DNA of 35,248 nucleotides from a virus (lineage: Duplodnaviria; Heunggongvirae; Uroviricota; Caudoviricetes): IMG/VR virus record IMGVR_UViG_2563366961_000002, positions 1 to 35,248 of that record; one strand, 5' to 3'. A program made the translations under genes and the position numbers. The stretch's first letter is position 1; each line of letters opens with the position of its first letter. Under the pieces are notes generated by a model, which worked only from the letters and a program-made list of their open reading frames with translations, was not told the DNA's origin and did not search any database. This document shows, piece by piece, positions 27,023 to 35,248 of this stretch.

Positions 27023-28357
27023 CTATGGCGTTGTTTTGCGCATTAAATTTGATTTTTTATTGATTGATAAGCCTTTCTCTATTTCAGGGTAGCGTAGAAG
27101 CTCAATATAGTTTTTAAGCTCTACTGGAGAAGCTGCATTCTTGCTATATGTGCGGAATGTCTCTGTATTGCCGCGTGTATGGCCCAGGAGAAGGGCGATC
27201 CTGTCTTCTGGAATTTGATTTCGATCAAGAAGCTGTGCTACTCCGTGTCTCAGAGAATGAAACACCTTCCTTTCTGTTCCCTTTTCCCCTAAAGCCTTTC
27301 GTTTAGCTCTTGTAAATCTCTGCGTGTGCCACGTGGAACGTTTACCATCAGCACGCTCTGTAATGCTGGCGTGATAGAACAAAAAGCCATTATGAGGCTT
27401 TTCACGCAGCGACAACACCAACGGAGTGATAAGGCTATGCACAGGCACAAGACGTGCCGCAGCTTTCGTTTTTCCCTGTGTGATTTCAAAACACAGCACA
27501 CCTTCGATCTCTTTCACATCGTCTATTGTGAGACTTGCTATCTCATTGATCCGCATACCTGTATAAGCACCGATAAGACACAAAGCCATCATTTCTTTGT
27601 TTTCTGCTGAATCACCGGAAAATACTTGCAACACCTGCAATAGCTCTTTGTTAGAAAATGCCTCGTAGCTCTCTCTACTTTGTGCCACATCAAGCCTATG
27701 CCCTCGCCAGGGGGAGAGCGCCCTTTCTGGCGCATCGTGGTAACGTGATGAAGCTAACTCCCATAGCTGGGCCATTGGGCTGATATAATTTGCAATTGAT
27801 TGTTGTGAAAGGGTTTTTTGCATGTGTTCTATCCAGCCTGTAACAGTGGTGCGGCTTACATCTTGCAATGCAATATCAGGCTTTTTACGGTAGGAGAGAA
27901 ACATCTCTACCGCTTTTCTTGCCTTAGCTAAAGTGGCTGGCTTCTTCTTCGTGCTGTTAATTGTCAGGTAGATTTCAAGAATTTTAAGCAATGACGGACA
28001 CGAAGACGCTGTATCTTGCATTCTGGTAGCTGTTTTGGCGTATTTAGCCTTACTGCGTAACAGTTCCAGCGTGTTCTCTATTGTGCTGTTTACAGGGGCG
28101 ACACTCTCCCGTAGACAATGGTATTCATCTGCAATCTGATCACGCTTTCTACGTGCAACACGAAGACTACTTGTGTGCAGACTTCTGACAAACGTCCTTT
28201 TTCCTTCAAAAAAGGGCTGCATATACACAGGCAACGTGATCCTCAAATAGTAGTTACCGTAAGAATCACAGATTATGTATTGATTGGGCTTGTATCTCAT
28301 AAACTCCCCGGCTAAAGTGTCGGAGCGTTTGTAATGTGAAAATTGATTGTAACGCAT
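27023..28357 (-). CDS. tyrosine recombinase / phage-type integrase
   Basis: R (RINEIASL), HxxR (HSLRHG) and H...Y (GHTRGN...RTYSK) catalytic pattern; a second ATG at 28300 has the better RBS (GGGGAG). Confidence 0.85.
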   Translation of the reverse strand: MRYNQFSHYKRSDTLAGEFMRYKPNQYIICDSYGNYYLRITLPVYMQPFFEGKRTFVRSLHTSSLRVARRKRDQIADEYHCLRESVAPVNSTIENTLELLRSKAKYAKTATRMQDTASSCPSLLKILEIYLTINSTKKKPATLAKARKAVEMFLSYRKKPDIALQDVSRTTVTGWIEHMQKTLSQQSIANYISPMAQLWELASSRYHDAPERALSPWRGHRLDVAQSRESYEAFSNKELLQVLQVFSGDSAENKEMMALCLIGAYTGMRINEIASLTIDDVKEIEGVLCFEITQGKTKAAARLVPVHSLITPLVLSLREKPHNGFLFYHASITERADGKRSTWHTQRFTRAKRKALGEKGTERKVFHSLRHGVAQLLDRNQIPEDRIALLLGHTRGNTETFRTYSKNAASPVELKNYIELLRYPEIEKGLSINKKSNLMRKTTP

Positions 28358-29054
28358 AGAAAATGATAATTTTTTCTATAAGATTCAATCAATTAGTAAT
28401 GGTCGTAGGTGATGGCATTAACACGAGATTAATCGAGTGTTTTACTCCTCTTATCGGCACCATTTAAATCAATAAGTTATCTCACATTTAAGTAAACTAC
28501 GTTCTCCTCTTGTGCCTTTGATTTTGCTCGCGTGCGCGGTGAAATGCCTGACTGAAAGGTGAGCATATCGACGAACCATTTCGAGAGTTTCCCATCCGCT
28601 CATTTTTAAGTGCAAGCAGGGAAACACCGGACTAAACCAATCAGCTGTTCGAAAATGGCAAGCGGATTAATATGCCATGGCGGCTTTGAGCCGCACATAT
28701 GGGGTGTGGCAAGCCTGATGGATGTTGCTGTGCTTGTGGTGGCGTCTTTGCTGGTCTGGTTGTTGGTTAATCGCGAAAATCATTATGCCAGAGGAATACC
28801 ACAGGACGTTCAGGTTTTGCATAAAAAAGCCCACCATTAAGGTGTGCAAAAGGAATGATTTATATTCTCTGAGAGAAACATTACATTTCTCCTTGTCACT
28901 TCTAACATAAAAATATGGAGAAATAATGGAGCTTATATTAATTGGCGATTAGGTAACCATGTGGTTATACAAAACAATACAGTTCTTTACATTTGCCTTG
29001 TTTTATGAATACTCCTGAAGAGGTGTACAACATAATTAAACAAACAGGGTAAAT

Positions 29055-29669
29055 ATGAATATATTTGAACAAACTCCACCGAACCGCAGACGTTATGGTC
29101 TTGCTGCATTCATTGGGCTGATTGCTGGCGTTGTTTCCGCATTTGTGAAGTGGGGGGCTGAAGTTCCATTGCCGCCACGTAGCCCGGTGGATATGTTTAA
29201 TGCAGCGTGTGGTCCGGAATCATTAATCAGGGCTGCTGGGCAAATTGATTGCTCCCGTAATTTTCTCAATCCTCCGTATATTTTTCTTCGAGACTGGCTG
29301 GGGCTGACAGATCCCAATGCGGCTGTTTATACCTTTGCCGGGCATGTCTTTAACTGGGTTGGTGTTACGCACATTATCTTTTCGATAGTGTTTGCTGTCG
29401 GTTATTGTGTGGTCGCTGAAGTATTTCCAAAAATTAAACTCTGGCAGGGCTTACTGGCAGGTGCTTTAGCCCAACTTTTTGTTCATATGATTTCATTCCC
29501 TCTCATGGGACTGACGCCACCTCTGTTTGATCTCCCGTGGTATGAGAATGTTTCTGAAATTTTTGGACATTTAGTCTGGTTCTGGTCCATTGAAATTATT
29601 CGCAGAGATTTACGAAACAGAATTACTCATGAGCCAGACCCTGAGATCCCTTTAGGCTCAAACAGATAA
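29055..29669 (+). CDS. yagU: inner membrane protein YagU
   Basis: 204-aa multi-TM protein recognised as YagU; conserved position next to ykgJ and ecp. Confidence 0.8.
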
Positions 29670-29917
29670 TGCATTGAATGATAAAAATGGCGCAAATACA
29701 GCGCCATTTTTATAGGTTAAAAACATTGTTTTTAACTTTCTGATGCAGATAGCCAGTGAGTACATCGCGCTACTTCAGGATGCTGTAGATCCGGAGAACA
29801 CTATAGAGGAAGAGGCATTGTTGCTGGCAGATGGAAGAAGTTTCGGGGTTTGTTATCCCTGAAAAACGAGGCCCCGCGATTATAGCTGGCGGGGCAGTGC
29901 AATTAATTATTGCATAT

Positions 29918-30247
29918 TTATAACGGTGTCAGCCCGTATTTAGCTCTTGCACGATTGCAAGCCTCATTGACGACTCCGTTCTCACCAGACATGGCGAATT
30001 CTCTGCACGTGGACGATCGATTTTTATATATCGTGCAACAGGCATTTTTGCCCGGTGTTCCTGCAAGGGCAATACATCGGGGGTTTTTCTGATTGGTACC
30101 GCTCATGCATCGGTGAAAAGGGGATATTTGTTCAGTAAGCCTGGCGGGAATGGTACCGCCAGCATCGTCGGCTTCGGCCCAGTAAAAAGAGACGCGGAAA
30201 AATGCACAACAGGCACCACACGTCATGCATGGATTCAGATTGCTCAT
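29918..30247 (-). CDS. ykgJ: YkgJ, Cys-rich ferredoxin-like protein
   Basis: 109-aa ORF with CMTCGACC and further Cys clusters; expected neighbour. Confidence 0.8.
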
Positions 30248-30559
30248 AATTCACCAGTACAGCTATAAATCGTAAAGAGAACTGCGGTACGTCGTATGCA
30301 GGGACGTATCGCGGTTGGCTGGTGTACTTTCGATAGTGTGAGTATTGAATGATTTCCAGCCGTTACCGATTTTACGTCCTAATTCGTGAAGAAACCACTC
30401 GTTAGCAGGCCGCCTGGTACCTTTCCGTGTCTCCTGAACACTGTGGTGTGCATATGAGAAAGCTCATCGTTACAGGTGACATTGACGATCGCTTCCACAT
30501 CATTTAAACGATTTTTGAGTCTCTGAGGTAGAATTCTTCCCTCGTCTGATGGATAAGTC

Positions 30560-31269
30560 TTAGTCCGCCGAAGGGGGCTTAGCCGGACAGGAATCGCTAA
30601 TCTTAATGAATTTGTCGTTATAGACCAGATAGTGATTCCCCGGCTGACGTAACTCAGGCTGATGAACCACGTCTCCCGGACGTAGATACCAGGCATCGCC
30701 TTCCTCTTCGGTCGAATCACATCCTGGTTTAATCAGTAGCTTAAACCACGTGTTGCCGGTGTTACTTACCGCTCCGGTCACCTGATCGAAGGACCATTTA
30801 AACTGAACCTGACGTGGTCGTACTACCAGAATGGTATCCATCACCACCACCGGCTCTGTGCTGACCTCGCCGCCGGTTGGGCTACGTCTTGTCTGGTTGC
30901 GAGTGGGGACCTCGCGAATGAGACCCGGTAGTAGCGCTCGCGGTTATCCTGTGGACCATGATAGTAAAATTTAAAATACTCGCTCTCACCAGCCTGCAAC
31001 GCCAGCTGGCGGGGGGCGAAAAGCAGTTCACCATCCACCGGTCGAGTGCGCAATTCACTGCTGCCCGGGCTATCGATAGCACTGATGGCAATACGGTATA
31101 TCCGCGCGCTTTTGTTGTTATTCACTACACGTTTGCTGACAAAGTCAGTCTCGGACGGCAGCGAAAATGTCAGATTACCGACCGAAATCGCCTGTGTCAA
31201 AGGTGCCGCCAGCATACAGACCACTGTCAGCAGGGCCTTAGTTAATGTTACGCCACGTCGCCTGAACAT
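30560..31269 (-). pseudogene. ecpE: ecpE (fimbrial chaperone) split by an apparent 1-nt frameshift near 30916
   Basis: N-terminal part in frame of 30841-31314 ORF, C-terminal part in frame of 30560-30850 ORF; together span a full-length chaperone. Confidence 0.7.
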
Positions 31270-32881
31270 GAATCTCTCCTGAAGCGCTGACTTCGCCAAA
31301 CCAGCCGTTATCATCTACCGTACGCAGAGAAATGGCGTTATACATTGGAATCGAAAATTTGACTGTGGTCTTATCCATCTGCCCCACTTCGCCAGAGATA
31401 TCAGTCCACGGTGTGGTCAACCACAGCGCATCGGTCATATCCCGCCAGCTATCATCGCACCCGGCATCGTAGGTTTTTGTAGCTCCGTTGCGGGTAATAA
31501 AGGAAAGTGTCGCCGGGAACGGTACTTTCGCCTTACCGTCATCGGAGCTGAAGACACAATAGGAGCGCCCGCCAATCACCTGCGCGGGTCCGGTCACCTT
31601 GATCAGCACTTCGTCGGCAGCTGTTTTACCGCTGGTGGTTACGATATAGCCGAAATCGAGTGCCGACTCGCCGCTGCCAACATATCCCTCCCGCGACGGT
31701 GTCTGAGTATATTCATCGGAGATAATACTGATGCTGAAATCACGGGGTTTGATAATCAGCGTGTTGGAGGTAGAAAATTCATACCAGCCAGACTCCGGTG
31801 ATGTGGTGTTCTGAAAGCGAAAGTTGAACAGATCTTTGGTGTTGATATCGCTGATCCCCAGGTTCACCATCTGCTTAAAGAAGTTGCTCGAGAAGAAAAC
31901 ATAGATCGAGTCTGCGCTCTTCATCTCGTTGAAGGTGTAGTAATAGGCGGTATTGCTCACCGGTTTCCATGAACTGCCATTCAGACTGAACTGCATATCG
32001 TACGCCCCGACGGCCGAGGCTAACGACGAGTTGGCGATCGCCGGGAAGATATGGATTGAGGTGTTGCTGAGCCCGTTTGTTTGCAGGGTATAGTTAACCA
32101 TCTTACAACTTAATCCTGAACGGCTGCCGATGGTTTGCGTCCGGCAGTCGGCGTTCCCTTCGCCCAGAGTCGGTACTCCGTCGCTGTTGATAAATACTTC
32201 CGCCAGCGAGTGGGTATTTATCAACCGCAGATTTGCTGCTTTCGTATGGGTGACGTTGCGAACATACCAGTTGCCGGAGGCCTGATCCTTACAGCGTGCG
32301 CCGCTGCTGGCATCATAGTTCACAGAGGTCTGGCAGGCATTGATGGTCATTGTAAAGCTGCTGCCGACGGGCATTTGTTGCAGATACTGGTAAAACGCGT
32401 CTGACAACATGCCGTGCATCCACTTCGCGCCGCCGCTGGTCACCGTCGCGCCATAAAATCCACTGGCGTCGGTGGTTTGCGGCAGGATAAGACTGGTGGT
32501 CATATTACACCCAGCGTACCAGTTGATGCAGCGCAAGCCAGTTAAAGGAGATGAAACTGGTGAATTTTCCAGCCACATATCAAACTTCCAGTTGGTATAA
32601 AGGCCGGTGTTGTAACCGTTATCAATGTAGCCGAGGCTTTGCTGATAGATGGTTCCTGAACCATTGTATTTTAAACCGGTCCAGCGGTTGGCACCGGTCA
32701 GGCGCGGATCCAGCGCCCCGCCAGGCGTGACGAAAAAGTTGTCGTCTGAGTTGTTTTCGACAAACACAAACTCGCGTGCCGGAGCATCCGCCCAGGTTGT
32801 TTTGCTCACTGCCGCTCTGAGCGCGGTTGCAGGCCAGATTAGCGCAAAGATTATCATCGCTATCAGTAAGTTAACTCTCAT
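31238..32881 (-). CDS. ecpD: EcpD, E. coli common pilus tip adhesin
   Basis: 547-aa ORF with signal peptide [23 protein letters not shown]; operon position. Confidence 0.85.
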   Translation of the reverse strand: MRVNLLIAMIIFALIWPATALRAAVSKTTWADAPAREFVFVENNSDDNFFVTPGGALDPRLTGANRWTGLKYNGSGTIYQQSLGYIDNGYNTGLYTNWKFDMWLENSPVSSPLTGLRCINWYAGCNMTTSLILPQTTDASGFYGATVTSGGAKWMHGMLSDAFYQYLQQMPVGSSFTMTINACQTSVNYDASSGARCKDQASGNWYVRNVTHTKAANLRLINTHSLAEVFINSDGVPTLGEGNADCRTQTIGSRSGLSCKMVNYTLQTNGLSNTSIHIFPAIANSSLASAVGAYDMQFSLNGSSWKPVSNTAYYYTFNEMKSADSIYVFFSSNFFKQMVNLGISDINTKDLFNFRFQNTTSPESGWYEFSTSNTLIIKPRDFSISIISDEYTQTPSREGYVGSGESALDFGYIVTTSGKTAADEVLIKVTGPAQVIGGRSYCVFSSDDGKAKVPFPATLSFITRNGATKTYDAGCDDSWRDMTDALWLTTPWTDISGEVGQMDKTTVKFSIPMYNAISLRTVDDNGWFGEVSASGEIHVQATWRNIN

Positions 32882-35154
32882 TCTCTTCTCCTGTCTGCGT
32901 CACCGCCGCCCACGATGAGAGGCCGCTGCAGACCACATCACCGACCCAGACGGCACCGCGCGCCTGGTTGAGTTCCAGTGCCACTTCGCAGGTTTTATTG
33001 CCACTGTAGCGAAAATCGATAGTGGGGTATTTCTTATCCACGTCCATGACAAACTCGCCGTTTTCATCGGTTCGGGTTCGGCCGATATGGTTGTTAATCC
33101 GTGCGTTAGCCAGCAGTGTGCCGTCTTCCGCACGGATACGACCGGAGACGGTAACCATCTGCTTCACCTCTGGCTCAATGACAGCGACATTGCCTGGATA
33201 GAGAGTCAGATGACTTTTGCGACCGCTGACGATATCGTAACTGTCGAGTGAGTTTTTGCTGTTCTGTAACTCCACCTCATATCTTCCATAGGGAGAGAGC
33301 GGGAGATAGTTACGCTTGCCGTTAAGCGGGAAAATCCGCCCGTTGATTTTGGCGCTGATCTGACCATCGTTCTCCAGGCCAGTGTCGAATATCACCCCAG
33401 CGTTGCCATCGGTCCGCCCGCTGGCAGCGATGTTTTTACCCTGCCAGCCGACGCTGCCGTTGGCGGTCAAATTAGTATTGATGTAGCCGTCCGCCGCGCT
33501 ATTGACGTTCAGCGTTCCGCTGGCGTAACGAGCGTCGAACTGTGCATACGCCCCACCACTGAGAGTTTTGTCATCACCGGTATCGCCGGAGATGGCTCGT
33601 GACAGATTGGCACCAACAGTGCGAATGGTCCCTTCATCAAACTGTTTGCGTGCTGACAGGTTTGCCATGGTGTAGCCGTTTTGATGGGTCATCCCTGCGC
33701 TAAACCAGTTGCCCAGTGGTAGCGAGAGATCGAGAGCGATATATTTTCCTGTATTGGCGCTGCTGTCGCCGTTGTTATAGCGCTGAATACCGGCCCGCAG
33801 GCCAAGCGTACCAAAGGTACCGCTGTAGACACTTTGATAGTAATCTGCCGTGTAATAATGGCTGTTGTAACGGCGGTCATCATTGTAGCTGATGCTGAAT
33901 GTGCCCAGCTTCGACCACAGTGAGTTCAGGTTGAGTGTGCCGCCGATTGCACGGTTGTCGGCATCGCTACGTCGCAATTGATTGCCAATGCGGGTTTTTT
34001 CCTGGTTAACCCACAGCGAACTAAAGCCTCCCGGTAGAGTGGCGCTGATGCTGGCGATGTTGCTCCATGAGCTGTCACTGGCCAGCATATTTTGCAGGTT
34101 AACGTTGATCGCTCCCCCAAGCGGCAGCGTCAGACGGGTTTCACCCACCGCCTGATTATCGTATCCATATCCCGTTGCCGCCCAGCTAAGCGTACTCAGT
34201 GAGCCGGAGGTCGAGGCACCTGCCAGCCAACTATCTTTAGCTGGTCGCGTCTTTTTCCCGTTTTCCGACCAGCGATCCATATGAAAGCTACCGCCCCATA
34301 TCTGCCACGCCAGTGGTGCACCGACGCCGCGCCCCCGGCTAAACAGCTTATTGACCCGTTGAGTGCGTTTGCTAATCACGCGACCGTTAACGATGACCTC
34401 AACTTCCACATCGTAAATACCGTACGGTAGACCCCGGGTATCCACTTCATGATTGCCCATGGTGAAGTTCTGAACGCTTAGTAACCGCCCATCACGGGTG
34501 AGATGTACTTCGCCCGCCGCCGGTAAAAAGGCGATCACTGGCGTGGCTGACTGGCTGCTGTCGAAGATGGTGGAGCTGGCCTGGTTTCCCCAGGAAAGGC
34601 CGTAAATCTTCCCTGCTGAAATGGCGGTCATCGGCCCTAAGGACTGCAAGTTCCAGGTGTCGAGCATTCCACCGGCAAATCGGTGACCGGCAAAATCGCG
34701 TTCATACATCGCTTTATATAATTCACTGTCCTGTTGACCGCTACCGATCCCGTACAGCGAGCCGTCGAGCACCACATGATGTTCGCGCAGTGCAGTAACG
34801 TTATTCAGCGACAGATAGCTGGATGTGTTGCTCCCGCCGTTACGCAACTGGTTGTTATAGACGCCGAAGTTATAGCTCAGATTACTGCTGAGGGTGTTAA
34901 CACTGGACTGCCCGATGTCTTCGCTACGTGAGCGTAGTACGGTGCCCAGCGCTTCGCGCTTGACCACCAGCTGCAGCAGCAGTTGGCGCAAGCTGAGATC
35001 CAGCTGCGCGTTGTCAGTCAGGGGGATGGTAAGGGCCTCATTGAACGGGGCGTTGGCCAGAGTCATCAGTTGCTGTCGAGTTTGTTCGCTGACACTGGCG
35101 TTATCTTCACTCTCTTCCAGCTGTATTTTCCGGATGCGTAGCTGTCCATCATCC
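32871..35154 (-). pseudogene. ecpC: ecpC (usher), 5' end truncated by IS1
   Basis: Usher-like ORF runs directly into the IS1 end at 35155; N-terminal signal region missing. Confidence 0.85.
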
Positions 35155-35248
35155 GGTGATGCTGCCAACTTACTGATTTAGTGTATGATGGTGTTTTTGA
35201 GGTGCTCCAGTGGCTTCTGTTTCTATCAGCTGTCCCTCCTGTTCAGCT
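35155..35248 (+). mobile_element. IS1 5' terminal fragment (IRL end), truncated by window edge
   Basis: GGTGATGCTGCCAACTTACTGATTTAGTG... equals reverse complement of 8754-8847. Confidence 0.9.

Noticed and set aside
28358-29054. tRNA or att site next to the integrase; small ORF 28610-28840
   Set aside because: No cloverleaf-compatible sequence or clear direct repeat found by eye; the ORF has no recognisable features. Left unannotated.
30379-31282. ORFs 30379-30720, 30882-31091, 30958-31245, 31046-31282
   Set aside because: Alternative-frame or antisense overlaps of ecpE and ecpD.
32900-34931. Short ORFs within or antisense to ecpC (32900-33133, 33689-33883, 33926-34120, 34734-34931)
   Set aside because: Contained in the long usher reading frame.
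1-35248. IS1 fragments at both window ends suggesting a circular molecule
   Set aside because: Joining the ends would give only about 185 bp of IS1 with the middle missing; they are two separate same-orientation copies truncated by the window.

Overview
Enterobacterial (E. coli-like) accessory region: a mosaic of mobile-element remnants bounded by IS1 copies and abutting the yagU-ykgJ-ecpEDC (E. coli common pilus) locus. Left to right: (i) the last 91 bp of an IS1; (ii) a P4/PICI-like satellite replication operon (Icd-like protein, several small translationally coupled ORFs, a 919-aa Zn-ribbon/Toprim primase) followed by an iteron origin-like module; (iii) a coupled operon of Gly-rich proteins cut by a complete inverted IS1; (iv) an AT-rich orphan membrane protein, a small C-terminal-TM protein, an RHH-like protein, a second inverted copy of the iteron module, a PerC-family regulator and a PRiA4_ORF3-like protein; (v) about 3.5 kb of AT-rich non-coding, origin-like DNA; (vi) a compact phage-like module (RHH protein, wHTH initiator-like protein, capsid-like 342-aa protein, 609-aa coiled-coil protein split by IS2 with a TAAAC target duplication) ending at a tyrosine integrase; (vii) yagU, ykgJ, frameshifted ecpE, ecpD, and ecpC whose 5' end is cut by another IS1. 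No rRNA, tRNA or CRISPR array was seen. IS1/IS2, primase, integrase, yagU, ykgJ and ecp calls are well supported; all other product calls rest on motif recognition and recall, not on searches. The most promising candidates for something undescribed are the phage-like module without packaging genes, the paired inverted iteron modules, and the orphan cargo genes between them.
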